DNA of 64,000 bases from the human T2T-CHM13v2.0 reference genome, Homo sapiens. Made by a program: the position numbers and the translations under genes. The notes beneath the pieces were generated by a model. The model was not told where the DNA came from. It saw only the letters and a list, made by a program, of their open reading frames with translations, and ran no database searches. The stretch lies in assembly GCF_009914755.1 (NCBI RefSeq), contig NC_060925.1. One strand, written 5' to 3'. Positions 29,674 through 45,120 of this stretch are shown here, piece after piece. Each line of letters opens with the position of its first letter. The stretch's first letter is position 1.

Positions 29674-29885
29674 TTAATATTCTATGTTCTATACCTTATT
29701 ACAATGATGACTCTCATAAATTAATGGAAGTCTGGCAGCAAGTGAATAATAAAGTATCTCCTGATTTTAGGGGAACAGGGGCTATCAAGAACTAAAATAG
29801 GATTGCTTTACACTTCTGTGAGCATTCTCTACAACTCCTTCCTCTCCAGACCTTTTGAAGAGGCAGAACAGTTTCCTGTCCCTCA

Positions 29886-30211
<326 letters not shown>

Positions 30212-30816
30212 AGGGAGTGGCCTCAGCCAAAGACATGGCTAGTTTAGAGTGGGAAGGGCTCAGCAACTTCCCAAAGCACAGGGTCCCAGCAGAAAGACTA
30301 CCCTGTGATCCTTCCCTCAGGAGTGGCTTCCTTCCAGTGCCCCTATTACCTCCTCTTAGAGCCCGGAGACACTGCAAATGTCAGTGTCCAGGATGCTCTG
30401 GGTAGAAGTTAATGATTACTTGAGTCAGCTCTTTCTGCAAACCCTGATGCCTGTGCCTGGTCACTCCGAATCTGGAAGAGACACTGCATAATCTTTGGAA
30501 ATTCACTGCAGTTATTTTCTTCATCTCCCAATAATCAACCTCAACAACATCCCTCAGTCCTAGGAACTTCCTAGATGGAGTTTGGTCTCTAGACTAGCTA
30601 TGGGATATCATAACAGCTATGAAGGAATAGAATCATTTTGTGACTTTAACCTATTAGCCCTCTAGTACTGGCCTTAAACAGAGAGACAGGTTTAAAAAAC
30701 AAAGCCCATGACTCAAGTTAAGGACTCCAGAGCCTGGAAACTCTCTCTCAGGATTGATACCTCTGTTGTTTTTTCAGGACTTAATGTTAGGAACATGGGT
30801 TCTCTATATTGGGGGA

Positions 30817-31192
30817 GTATTATGGAATGAATTGTGTCTCCACAAAATTCATGTGCTGAAGTCCTAACCTCAGAATGTGATTGTATTTGGAATGAGGGCC
30901 TTTAAAAGATAGTTAAGGTAAAATGAGGTCATATGGATGGGCCCTAATCCAATATGACTGGTGTCTTTTAAGGAGAAGAGATTAGGACACAGATATACCA
31001 AAGGTAGATCATGTAAAGGTACCAGAAGAGAATGGCCATCTACAAGCCAAAAAAAAAGCGGTCTTCAAAGAAACCAACCCTGCCAACACCTTAATCTCAG
31101 ACTTCAGCCTCCAGAATTATGAGAAAATTAATTTCTGTTGTTTAAGCCACCCAGCTGGTGTACTTTGCTATGTAATTCCAGAAAACTAATAT
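30817..31192 (+). mobile_element. MLT1B/C-type MaLR solo LTR
   Basis: TATGGAATGAATTGTGTCTCC...GGGCCCTAATCCAATATGACTGGTGTC...AAACTAATA. Confidence 0.85.
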
Positions 31193-31663
31193 AGGGAGAG
31201 TTATTAAGACATGTCTCATATTTCTGCCCTTTCCTATTGCCTCCAACCAGATTGTATCTGCTTCCCTGTGTCTACTTGCTGGCTTGGAACTTATTAAGAT
31301 TGGATCCTTCCTGGAAGAAATTTGCTGATGGAGGCAGAAGGACACTCAGAATTGAAACTGTGTGAGCTTTGGTGCCTGGGATCCTTACTTGCTGTTGCCC
31401 ATACTTAATTCAAATACTCAATGGATATTTATTATGTCCTAGGGCTATAAGAACATAAGAAAAAGACCCCTGAAACTAGGAAAGAAAGCTTCAAAGAGAT
31501 GGTCATTTAGACATTTTTAAAGAATGAGAGGAATTGTTGGAGAAGATTGGCATGGGAGAAGAGAATTGAAGCAGAGGGAACAGCATGTACAAAGGTACAA
31601 AGATGTGAAACAGAATGACCCGCTGGAGGAACTACATCCTACTGACTAGAATATAGTGTCCAT

Positions 31664-31767
31664 GTGGGCCTGTGGCACAAGGAGAGATAGGAACCCAAAC
31701 CCGGTTGGAAAATACGTGGGCCTGTGGCACAAGGAGAGAGAGGAACCCAAACCCGGTTGGAAAATAC
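31664..31767. repeat. Tandem duplication, 2 x 52 bp
   Basis: GTGGGCCTGTGGCACAAGGAGAGA(T/G)AGGAACCCAAACCCGGTTGGAAAATAC twice with one mismatch. Confidence 0.97.
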
Positions 31768-32831
31768 AATCTGGGAGGCAGCTGCGGGGTGTGGAGGAGC
31801 CTCAGGTTATTCACTATCTACAGCATGCCCAGGTAGAGTGGTTTCAGCAGTCAGAGAGTGCCCTCAGGCAAAGAATAGCAGCTGCTGACAGCTGGAAATT
31901 GTAATCCATGGTAATGGTTGCAGCTGAGATGTGGGTGGGTACCCCCAGCATCTCCTAGATCAACCATACATTTGTGTGAGCCATTTGGTTTTCTCTAGTA
32001 GGTCTTGATTTAAGTTCCTGAACTCTGCCCACCACCACCAGCAGCCATGACTTCTTGGCAAGACTCCAAACCCCTCCCTACCTTCACTCTTTAGGTAAGT
32101 TGTTTAAAGATGCTATGCCTCCTTGGGAATTTCATTGATTTCCATGTTCCATTCTGCCTGTTCAGCCTCTGCCAACCACTGTCCTGGACTCTCTGGCAGA
32201 CTGTGCCTTCCTGGTTCTTGTTGGTTACTGGTTGCTTACTGGTTGCAGCCCTATACCTGTTCTTGAACCCCAACTATTGACCCTGTCCTAGGTTTAGTTT
32301 ACTAACATGGTCTAAATTCTAGTACAGTGATAACTTGAAGAAGCTCAGGCCTAACTTACTAACCATAATATCTTACCCTATTGGAACTGAGCTTTTCCCA
32401 AAGAGTACCTCCAGTGTCTTCGCTCCATCAGGATCAGTCAGTCCTACCCTCACCCAACTATCTATAGCCCTAAAGGACCACTGATCATGGCAAGTTAAGG
32501 CAATTATCAATAAGGAAGAACAATGATAAAGTATTAGAAGAAGTTAAGTTAAAACCTTGTGTTGCTGAATTTGAAATAGAGAAGTATCAATATTAACTTG
32601 TAAGGTATTTTATCTTTTAAAAATTCCCTTGCTCTGTCCACTGAAAAGCCAAGAAATAATGATCAACCTAGTATCAATGAATATCTCTAGAGCCAATATT
32701 GTGAATCTGAAATCTATTTTCCATTAAAAGAAATCATGGCTGATTCTAGATCTAGGGCAGGAAATGTACAAGATGAGTCTGGAACATCTTATAATAGAAA
32801 GGAAGGAAGGAAGCTACACATGATCATTAGG

Positions 32832-33671
32832 TGTAGGGTCCAGCCCTACAGGGCTTAGCAGGTGTTCTCCCCGTGTGCAAAGATGAGAGATTGTAAGAAA
32901 TAAAGACACAAGACAAAGAGATAAAGAGAAAACAGCTGGGCCCGGGGGACCACTACCACCAAGACACAGAGACCGGTAGTGGCCCTTCCCTTTTAGGTAG
33001 CCGAAGCAAAGAGGGAAGGCAGTATATGTCAGCGTTTTCTTCCATGCACTTATAAGAAAGATCAAAGACTTTAAGACTTTCACTATTTCTTCTACCGCTA
33101 TCTACTATGAACTTCAAAGAGGAACCAGGAGTATGGGAGGAACATGAAAGCGGACAAGAAGCGTGACCATTGAAGCACAGCACCACAGGGAGGGGTTTAG
33201 TCCTCCGGATGACTGTGGGCAGGCCTGGATAATATCCAGCCTCCCACAAGAAGCTGGTGGAGCAGAGTGTTCCCTGACTCCTCCAAGGAAAGGGAGATTC
33301 CCTTTCGCGGTCTGCTAAGTAACGGGCGCCTTCCCAGGCACTGGCATTACCGCTTGACCAAGGAGCCCTCAAGCAGCCCTTATGCGGGCGTGACAGAGGG
33401 CTCACCTCTTGCCTTCTAGGTCACTTCTCACAATGTCCCTTCAGTACCTGACCCTATACCTGCCGGTTATTCCTAGGTTATATTAGTAATGCAACAAAGA
33501 GTAATATTAAAAGCTAATGATTAATAACATTTATACCAATGATTGATAATTGTCCACGATCATCTCTATATCTAATTTGTATTTTTTTATTCCAACTATT
33601 TTCTTTATTATACTGCTACAGCTTGTGCCTTTGGTCTCCTGCCTCGGCACCTGGGTAATCCTTCACCCACA
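32832..33671 (-). mobile_element. LTR13-family (ERVK) solo LTR inserted in an old L1M fragment (~32470-34500)
   Basis: TG...CA termini; minus strand begins TGTGGGTGAAGGATTACCCAGGTGCCGAGGCA; 6-bp TSD ATTAGG at 32826-32831 and 33672-33677. Confidence 0.88.
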
Positions 33672-34605
33672 ATTAGGGCCATGTTAAAGGAATTCAGGAG
33701 TCACTTATTAGCAAAGACAGAATAATTGGAGCACAAGCATCAAGAAGAATAAAAACTGAAATCATTTGAAATGCACCAAATTATGTTTGAATCCATGGGT
33801 TTAAAATGTTACCTTTTTAAAAAACTCTATTTGATCACCTGTGGAGTATGATTAGGAAGCAACTTAACTATTTTGAGAACTTTTAAATAAAGGGAAAGAA
33901 TCAGACACTTGTTCTGCCTTTCGTATATGAACTGAATTATTAGGTAGCCAAATAGTCAGGGGAGGGGTCTTTTAATAGACATTAAAGCTAATAAATTAAG
34001 AAACAGTGATTGAATTCAAATATCATTTGAAACCCTTAATATGTTAATAGAACTAGGCAATTAGCATCAATGGCTGCTAACATACACACACACACACACA
34101 CATACCCACACACACACATCACACACACATACATGACATTATGTGCTATTTGGTAAAAGGACACAACACAGTATCATCTCCAAAGTAGTCTTGCCAAAAA
34201 AAATCAAACCTATCTAATCAAATCTCTAAATCCAACTACTAATTTACAGAAAATACAAGTGAGAGGGAACATGCTAAACTACACCATACAATGTAATTAA
34301 CAAAATTCATACTGTAGGAATCTATTAATGAAGCAATTTAGTTTATTCAACAAATAAAGTGCAAGGTGAAAGAAGAATATGGCGAATTATAGATTAAAAG
34401 AGATTTAAAAGACATCATTTTTTAAACTGATAAAACTTAACTATAGTGTTTAGGGATGCACCCTGGAGTGATAAAGCATTTTTAAAAAGCAAAGAAGCCT
34501 AGTGCATTACAAGAATTACTAAAGGACTGGAAGAGTCTGGGTTTTTATTTTGTAATATTTCTAAAACTGAGTCCCTTGAATGCAAATCCCCCCCAAAAAA
34601 AATAG

Positions 34606-34972
<367 letters not shown>

Positions 34973-35209
34973 AGAAGAGATCTTGACAGAAGAGATTTTA
35001 ACAATGACAACACAAGCAAATTTCAACGTTTATAATATGGCCTAGTAATTTGTTTTTCAAATTTAATTTAAAGTGATCATTGTAAAATATGCCTCTTATA
35101 TCATGACTCAGTATACATGTTTGTAGTCTAGCTCAGGATTTTCCAAACTATGGGTCTAAAATAAATTTGGTGGGTTGTTATCAGCATTAAAAAATATCAA
35201 ATAGGCAGC

Positions 35210-35735
35210 TTAGGAGGCTGAGGTGGACAGATCGCTTTGAGTTCAGGAGTTCAAGACCAGCCTGGGCAACATAGCAAAACCCCATCTCTACAAAAAATAT
35301 AAAAATTATCCAGGCCTAGTGGTTTATGCCTATACTCCTAGCTACTCGAGAGGCTGAGGCTGGAAGATTGGTTGAGCCCAGGAAGGAGAGGTTGTAGTGA
35401 GAGGTTGCACGCCTGCCTGTGTGACAGAGTGAGATCCTGTTTCAAAAAATAAAATCAAATACGATGAATAAGTACTGGAGACTTAATGAATAGCGTAGTG
35501 ACTATAGTTAATAACAATGTATTGCATACTTGAACTGTGCTAGGTGAGTATATCTCAAGTGTCCTCACCACAAAAAAGAAATGGTAACTGTGTGAGGAGA
35601 GGGATATGTTAATCGGCTTGATTGTGGGAGTCATTTCACAATACATACATACATACAACATCACATCATACAGCCTAAATATATGCAATTTTAAATTGTC
35701 AATCCGACCCTTCCAGTTCATAAAGCTGAAAAAAA
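35210..35735 (+). mobile_element. 5'-truncated AluJ (35210-35455) followed by an L1MA 3' end (35460-35735)
   Basis: Alu body, then GTGACTATAGTTAATAACAATGTATTGCATACTTGA...TCATTTCACAAT L1MA 3'UTR. Confidence 0.85.
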
Positions 35736-35768
35736 ATCAAGTCAGAAAGAACTGAAGAGAAAATTGAG

Positions 35769-36554
<786 letters not shown>

Positions 36555-37659
36555 TCATGTGATTAAAGAAAGTATTATTTTTTGGAAAAATGGAAGTATT
36601 ATTATTTTAAGTAATTATTATTTAAAGGAAGTATTATTTCCAATGTATATATGAATGTGTGAGTTTTTATGAATGTATATACTGGCTTGCAACGTGAAAT
36701 CAATTTCTTACTGTGATACAATGCCCGCCCTCCATTTGGAAAACATAGCCCTCACTGATTTCACGAATTGAGCTTCATTAGTCTTGATTACATATATGAC
36801 TGCGAAGTTGGGACCTGGAGCAAGAAACAGCCTGGATTGCCTTCAGAGCAGGGTGGACCTGCCACACTGCAGACCGCTCTTCTTGAAACACAGCCAGTTG
36901 TACCTTTCCCAGCTTGTCTACATTGCAACCTCTGGTGTAAAAAATGTTAGTTATGAAAACTAGATACTGTCGCTGGGTGAGAAGAGTTTCAAATTTTAAA
37001 GTCTGTTCTTAGAAGGGGCGTCCCGTGGACCTTCAATATACACGTGAAAATAGTGTGAGCTCCTTTCATCTAGCTGGCTTTTCACCTCAGGACGTGTTTG
37101 TACCGGAAGATGCGTGTTTTCCTCGGGAGTCCTGCAAGGCACCCAGACTCTTTTTTAATTCAGCTCTCCCTTGGTGCTGTCGTTCTGAAGTCCTCAAACT
37201 GACATGTCAGAAAATGTTTTTGGTAATTCTTGGCTATATTTTTAAATTTATATTTATGGGAGGTAATAGAGGCTTAGAATTCAAGACATACAAAAGTGGG
37301 AAGCTTCCTCTTTCACTCCTGTCTTTGCACCACTCAGTTTCCTCTCCAGAGACAATAAACATTACTAGTTTTTTGTTTGGTTGGTTTTTGTTTTGTTTTG
37401 TTCAGATGACAAATTCTAAGTGCCAACCACCACCGTAATTTGAAGCAGAGCCTGGAAACAAGGTTCCTGAAAACTGGTTTTGCAACCTTTGCACTTTCAC
37501 CACCTGAAGGATGAAAATTTTAGAGAGAGAGTTGGAGATGCATAGATTAGGAGGGAGCTGCTAGAGTGCTTGGAGTCCCACTGCACTCTAAAAGCATCTT
37601 TATAGAACATTTAATACTTGTATTGCCCTTATTTGTTTTGTGTATGTGGTTTTCTTGGT

Positions 37660-37987
37660 TTGCTTGTTTTTTGTTTTTGAGACAGGGTCTTGCTCTGTTG
37701 CCCAGGCTAGAGTGCAGTGGTCCAATCTTGGCTCATTGCATCCTCGACCTTCTGGGCTCAGATGATTCTCCTGCCTCAGCCTCCCTCCCGGGTAACTGGG
37801 ACTATGCCCGTCACACCACCCAACTAATTTTTTTTATTTTTTATTATCATTATTATTTTATTTTTTTTGTAGAGAGGGGGTTTCACCATGTTACTCAGGC
37901 TGGTCTCGAACCCCTGGGCTCAAACAATCCTCCCGCCTCAGCCTCCCAAAGTGCTGGGACTACAGGCATGAGCCATGGCACCCAGCC
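37660..37987 (-). mobile_element. AluJ
   Basis: Antisense dimer with expanded linker. Confidence 0.9.
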
Positions 37988-38300
37988 TGTTATTTGTTTA
38001 CATGTCTTTCTCCTCTCCTAAACTGTAAGCCCCTTGAAGGCGGTGTGGGTGCTACCTCTGGCCCTATGACAGCATCACCTTCTTCTGACCCTCATAACTG
38101 AACAAATCTTTGGAGTGTTAACTGTGTTCTTAGAACAGAGAACAGATGTTATCAACCTTGATAATGTAAAAGTAAAAACATAGTTGAAAAATGTAGAGAA
38201 ATGGAAAGGAGAAGAAAGGGGAGAATGAGCTGTAAGCACAAAGGACAAAAATGGGAGAGTCAAGGGATGGTGCCTTGAGCCCATGGAAAAAGCAATAGAG

Positions 38301-38604
<304 letters not shown>

Positions 38605-39539
38605 GAAAAAGCAATAGAGGCATGAGTAATTGACATGCATGGGCAATCATGAAAGAAGAGAGGAAGGTGATGTAACTGCATAGGCTGGGGTAGGTGTGGG
38701 TACAGGGCAGCAAACACCAACTATCATAGCATACAGGCAAAATAGAATGTCTAAAGATGACATATCAAGAAGTAGTATGCAGAAGACATATAGAAGTAAG
38801 GAGGAAACCACCAGAAAAATCAAATGTAGAAAGAGATAAAACGTAGTTGCTCCAGTATACCAGGAGTATGTAAGACTGAGGAGTGTTGCGTTTCTGTGCT
38901 ACCTGATTTATTCACAACTGTGCCTGATCTATATTAACAAAAATTTTAGAAATATGAGAGGGATGGTTGTGATGCATCTGAGAAACTTACCCATTCAAAA
39001 TAGTAAATATAAAGTATATTGTATTATTTAAAGGCGTTTGTCTTTTTAGAAAACTGAGCCATTTCTTGGGGATATAAGACAGCCAGAAATTTACTATACT
39101 GGTTCTCCTTCCTCTCTGAAGTAGACCACTTTTCATCTCCTGTCTATAGCCACTAAACACCAGCTTGATTGCACTGTAACTCCTTAAATAAAGAACTAGT
39201 TACTTAAATAATCAACTAGTTACTAGGTACACTACTATTTTGAATGAAACTAGAATTTGCCCCAAGATATTGGCCCTAATATATATTGCTTGCCTAACTT
39301 TCCATTGCTATGTTTATACAGATCATTTCTTCCCATCAAGAATCCACAAGAATATTATACCTATGTACCCCTGGCCCCAACAACCCATTATCGTGTGTAC
39401 CAGATGGCCACACATTAATCCATCTCCCACAGTCCCTTGCTAAGGTGTGCTTCCGGTGCTTGCATTCTTTGTGCCTATGTGTGGCTTTGACTTTATGATT
39501 AAGGAAAAAAGATGTTTTTGCTTTTTTAAGTCCAAGCAG

Positions 39540-41130
39540 TGAGCAAAATGTAAAACAGTTCCTATAGAAAAAAATAGACATCAGTAAAACAAAGTGGAGA
39601 GTCCAAAATTAAACCAAATGCCTAGAGCATTTTAGTTCATGGTAAAGGCTACATTTTAAACAAAGAGGATAAACATGAATTCATTGACAAATTGTTAAGG
39701 GGAAAGGCTAGATTCCTCCTGCATTCTGTCCTTTTGGTGCCTCGAAAACTAAACATATGCCAGGTGTGGGAGCTCAGGCTTTGTAATCCCAGCACTTTGG
39801 GAGGCTAAGGATTGCTTGAGCCCAGGAGCAACATAGCAAGACCCCATCCCTAAAAAAATTGCTTTTAATTAGTCAAGTGTGGTGGTGTGCACCTGTAGTC
39901 CCAGCTACTCTGGAGGCTAAGGCAGGAGGATCACTTGAGCCCAGGAATTTGAGGCTGCAGTGAGTGAGCTATAATACCATCACTGCATTCCAGCTTGGGC
40001 AACAGAGTGAGACCCTGTGTCTAAAAAGACCCAAAGATTTAAACTTAAATTATCAAAGATTTAACATATATTAAGGAGTTGAACATAAAATAAACCATAA
40101 AATTTCAAAAAGAAAGCATGAGTGAAGATGAAAACCTTACCAAGAAGGATATAAAATCTAAAGATCATAAAGTAAAAAACTGGTAAATGTGAATACACAA
40201 AATTTTTTAAGTATGAAATAAAAGTAGCCTAAACAAAGTCTAAAAACCAGTGTCAAATTAAAAAAAGATATTTGCAATATATATGATAGCAAAAGCCTAA
40301 TTTCTTTAATTTATAAAAAGTCTATATAAGTTAATAAGAAAAAATGACAACCCAATATAAAAATGGGCAAAAGATAAGAACTGGCAGTTTTCAAAAAAAG
40401 TTACAGTCATGAAAAACAAATAAATAAACTTAGATAAGTACAAATCAAGACAAAAAGTGAAATATCTGTGAGATTAGCAAACATTTTTAAGTTTGATTAT
40501 AGCCAATGTTGTTGATGACATGAGGAAGCAGGCTTTTGGGAAATAAACTGATGGAATCTTGGGGAAGAATATTTGGCAGCAGCTATCATATTTACAGCCC
40601 CTTTGGTCCAGCTTTCCCACTAAAAGAGAGATATACTATGGATAGATTCACAGAAGTTTGCCAAGCAGCCATAAAAAAGAACAAGATTATGTCCTTTGCA
40701 GCAACATGGATGGAGCTGAAGGTCATTATCCTAAGTGAACTAATAATGCAGGAATAGAAAATAAAATACCACATGTTCTCACTTGTAAGCAGGAACTAAA
40801 CAATGGGTACACATGGACAAAAAGATGGAAATAATAGACACTGAGGATTCCAAAAGAGGGAAGGGGGAGCGGGGGAGAGGGTTGAGAAATTTCCTATTGG
40901 ATACGATGTTCCCTATTTGGGTCATGGGTACACTAGAAGCCCACCAGTATGCAGTATATTCATGTAATAAACATGCACATGTACTCCACGAATCTAAAAT
41001 AAAATGTTTAAAAAAATTTAAGTTTGCCAAGATAATCTATGAGGTTAGTTTCATTACAGTTTTTGTAATTGCAAAAAAATTTTAAGAAAGACAGAAAAAA
41101 CTCTAAACTGACCATTAGCAGGAAACTTAT
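39540..41130 (+). mobile_element. Old L1M fragment containing an AluJ (39758-40027) and a nested L1MA/PB 3' end (40666-41019)
   Basis: Nested L1 end GCAGCAACATGGATGGAGCTGAAGGTCATTATCCTAAGTGAA...; TSD AAGTTTGCCAAG at 40654-40665 and 41020-41031. Confidence 0.85.
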
Positions 41131-41139
41131 AAAATATAT

Positions 41140-42350
41140 ATTTTTTATTTCAATAGGTTTTGGGAGAACAGGTGGTGTTTGGTTACCTGAATGTGTACTT
41201 CAGTGATGATTTCTGGGATTTTAGTGCACCCATCACCTGAGCAGTGTACACTGTACCCAATGTGTAATCTTTTATCCCTCACCCCCCTCCTATGCTTCCC
41301 CTCAAGTCCCCAAAGTCCATTGTATTACATTATTCTTATGCGTTTTTGGCCTACTAGCTTAGTTCCTGCTTATAAGTGAGAACATACGATGTTTGGTTTT
41401 CCATTTCTGAGTTACTTCACTTAGAATTAACAGTCTGCAACTCCATCCAGGTTGCTGCGAATGCCATTATTTTTTTCCTTTTTATGGCTGAGTAGTATTC
41501 CATGGTATATATATACCACATTTTCTTTATTCACTTGTTGATTGATGGGCATTTGGGCTGGTTTCATATTTTTGCAATTGTGAATTGTGCTGCTATAAAC
41601 ATGCATGTTCAAGTGTCTTTTTCATAATATGACTTCTATTCCTCTTGGTAGATACTCAGTAGTGGGATTGCTGGATCAAACAATAGATCTACTTTTAATT
41701 CTTTAAAAAAACTCCACACTGTTTTCCATAGTGGTTGTACTAGTTTACATTCCCACCAGTAGCGTAAAAGTGTTGCCTTTTCACTACATCCACACTAACA
41801 TCTATTTTTTTTTATTTTTTAAATTATGGCCATTCTTGCAGGAGTAAGATAATATCGCATTGTGGCTTTGATTTGCATTTTTCTGATAATTAATGATGGT
41901 GAGCATTTTTTCATGTTTTTGGCCATTTGTATATAAAATAAATTTGTATATAACTATTTTGAGAATTATCTATTCATGTCTTTTAGCCCACTTTTGGAAG
42001 AAATTTTTTTTCTTGCTAATTTGTTTGAATTTCTTGTAGATTCTAGATATTAGTCCTCTGTCAGATGAATAAATCGTGAAAATTTTCTCCTACTCTTGGG
42101 TTGTCTGTTTACTCTGCTGATTTTTTTTTTCTATGCAGAAGCTTTTTCGTTTAATTAAGTTCCATCTATTTATCTTTGTTTTAGTTGCATTGCTTTTGGG
42201 TTCTTGGTCATGAAGTCTTTGCCTAAGCCAATGTCTAGAAGGGTTTTTCAGATGTTATCTCCTAGAATCTTTATGGTTTCAGGTCTTAGATTTTAAGTCT
42301 TTGATCCATCTTGAGTTGGTTTTTATATAAGGTTAGAGGTGAGGATCCAG
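41140..42350 (-). mobile_element. L1PB-type 3' fragment, abutting a sense Alu 3' fragment (42350-42464)
   Basis: Antisense L1 3'UTR/ORF2 end (AAGTGAGAACATACGATGTTTGGTTTTCCATT...). Confidence 0.88.
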
Positions 42351-43726
42351 GCTAAAGCACAAGAATCACTTGAACCCGGGAGTCAGAGGTTGCAGTGAGC
42401 CAAGATTGTGCCACTGCACTCCAGCCTGGGGGACAGAGTGATACTCTGTCTAAAAAAAAAAAAAGGTGAAAAGATATATCTCTTAAATTAGAATATAAAT
42501 AAAGCACAGCCATACTTGACTTAGAAAAATAATAGAGCACAGGCAGTCATTGTTCTCTTTTAATTTACAACTTTTAACCTGAAGTGCTTAAACAGGGAGG
42601 TCCTAGAGAGCTTTTTATCTGAAAAGCTGTGTGAAGTGTTTGGCCCTGCCATACCATTCCCTTGCCCTCCATGTCTTTTGCTCAGGGACCAGGGAATTTG
42701 ACAGGAGAATGTCAGTGAATGGGCAGAGTCAGAGCTGAGGCGAGCAGATCTTTGCTGAGGAGACATTGGACATAAGGTGTGCTCATAACACTACCTGAGC
42801 AAACAGCTCAGCTGTTGCAAAACAGCTCAGCATCAGAGGAGGCAGAAGTGATGCTAAGACTCCACTCATTCACAGAGGAGAAGCCAAATCAAACAGCTTG
42901 GCAAATCACAGCAGCTTGCTCAGATACTTGTTCTTTCCTTTATTAAACAAATATTTATTTGACACTTATCAGATGTTAAATTTGCCATAGGCCCTGGGAA
43001 AATAAAGGTGAAGTTTTTTTCCTGGAGGGATATTACTTTATAATGGAGGAGTGACACAGTAAGTGAATACATTATAACAAAAGATTAGATAGTAAGTGGT
43101 CTGAAGAGAAATAAAGCAAGGGAAGGAGATAGTGACCAATTGCTTGCCTATTTTAGAAGGACTGATCAGGAAAGGCCTTTCTGAGATGGTGGCATTTGGG
43201 CAGAGACTTGCATGGAGAGAGGCAACAGAGATGCAAGGTAGAAAAAGCAATCATGAAGACCCTGAGGTCAGAGCAAGTTTGGTGTGTTCAAGGATCAGCC
43301 TGAGATCCACTGTGGCCAGAGCAAAATAATAAAGGGAAGATGAAGTTAGAGAGGCCAGCAGTGGTCAAATCCAGTAGGATCTTGTGAGCTATGGATTTTA
43401 TTCTCTGTGTGCCACTGGAGTGTCAGCCAGGCTCTAACTTGCTTAATAATGTTGAGAACTGTTGTCAGCTCTCTGGGCTTTCCAGGTATTTGATGCAGAC
43501 TCATTCTCTGCTGAAGTACTTCGAGAAGTTCTTTCGAGGCACCCCGCTATGCACCACACCTTCCCCCAACTGGAGACACCTTTGCCTGTGTCTCCCTTGG
43601 TGTAGGTTAGTACTCCTGACTGCTCCCTTCTGCCAGAGCTTCCCTCCAGTCTCTTTCACCTGAGCTCACCTCTCCATGCAGTGCTCCCTCAATCTCTCTC
43701 TGTTCTTTCTCTTTCTCTCTCTTTCT

Positions 43727-43741
43727 CACGCGTGCGCGCGT

Positions 43742-43776
<35 letters not shown>
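43727..43776. repeat. (CA)n microsatellite preceded by alternating CG
   Basis: CACGCGTGCGCGCGTCTG(CA)n. Confidence 0.95.
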
Positions 43777-43780
<4 letters not shown>

Positions 43781-43990
43781 CTCACTCACCAACCTTATCT
43801 GGGCCACAGCAATTGTTCAGCATCCTCTATCAGGAGATGGAGATGACTCCCCATTCAGCACTTTTGCCTCTCCCCTCCACTAGCACAGAGAGCCAGCCCC
43901 AGCCTCTAAACATGGGTCCCCTGCATCCACCAACTGCAAAAGACATTTAACCAGTTCACAGAGGGACTAAAGAAGCCCCTTTCCTTAGGC

Positions 43991-44553
43991 CAGTGTTTCT
44001 CAGCCTCAATGATATTGACATTTGGGGCATGTATTTTGTTATTGCAGGGGACTATCATATGCATTTGAGGATGTTTAGCAGCACTGTGTTCTGAATGTTG
44101 GTGTCCTCCCAAAATTCGTATGTTGGAACCTAATACCCAAGGTATAGTACTAAGAGGTGGGGTTTTTGGGAAGTGATTAGGTCATGAGGGCTCTACCCTT
44201 GTGAATGGGATTCATGCCCTTATAAAAGAGGCTTGAGGGAGCATGCTTGTCCCTTCCACCACATAAGAATGCAGCAGCAAGGCATCAACTCTGAAGCACA
44301 GAGGAGTCCTCAACAGACAGCAAACCTGCCAGCACCTTGATCTTGGACTTTCCAGCCTCCAGAACTGTGAGCAGTAAATTTCTGGTTTTTAGAAATTACC
44401 CATTTCAAGATATTTTGTTGCAGCAGCCTAAACAGACTAAGACAAGCAGGATTTCTGGCCACTAGCCAATAGATGCCAGCAGCAGCCCCAGAGCTGGGAC
44501 AACCCAAAATGTCTCCAGACATTGCCAAATGTCCCCTGTGAGGCAAAATCACC
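43991..44553 (+). mobile_element. MER20 DNA transposon split by an MST MaLR LTR (~44085-44443)
   Basis: CAGTGTTTCTCAGCCT...TTTAGCAGCA then LTR then ...AAAATGTCTCCAGACATTGCCAAATGTCCCCTG. Confidence 0.85.
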
Positions 44554-45120
44554 TTAATGGACAAGCCACTTCAGCCCTGGGCTGAAAGTGAGGGAAATCC
44601 TGCTTCCCTGTGGGTATGGGGTATGGAGCTCAAAGTTCAAGTCAACAGCTTCCTCCTCATCAATCTCTAATTCCACCTTGGGCTTTCCAACCTCTTTTAT
44701 ATCCTCACGTGGCAAAGGCTCAAGGGTTGCAATACCCGTTTTCAAAAACCCTTTTTCCAAGTACTACAACACACACCTGCCATCTCCTTGGGAAACATGA
44801 GAGTATTTGGAACCTGGAATTCTGGCACCTCAGTCAAAACTGAGACATAAATCTTCCCATTCTCACATCCTATTATGCTATAATTTTTTATGAAAGAAAA
44901 ACAGGGGCATACACACACATCACATATGTATTTGCTAGTACAGTCTCTGCATAGAGCATCTTTGGGAAGACTCACAAGAGTCTTGAACGATAATATTTGT
45001 TTTTTTCCAAGGTATTTTTTTCTAGGTGGCTGGACAAGCAAAGATAGAGACTTTTCACTTTTATAATTTTTGAATTTGAAACCATTTCACCTATAAAATT
45101 ACCTTTAAAAGACAAAAAGA

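Noticed and set aside
32953-33405. 150-aa minus-strand ORF
   Set aside because: Lies wholly inside a solo LTR; no gag/pol/env similarity.
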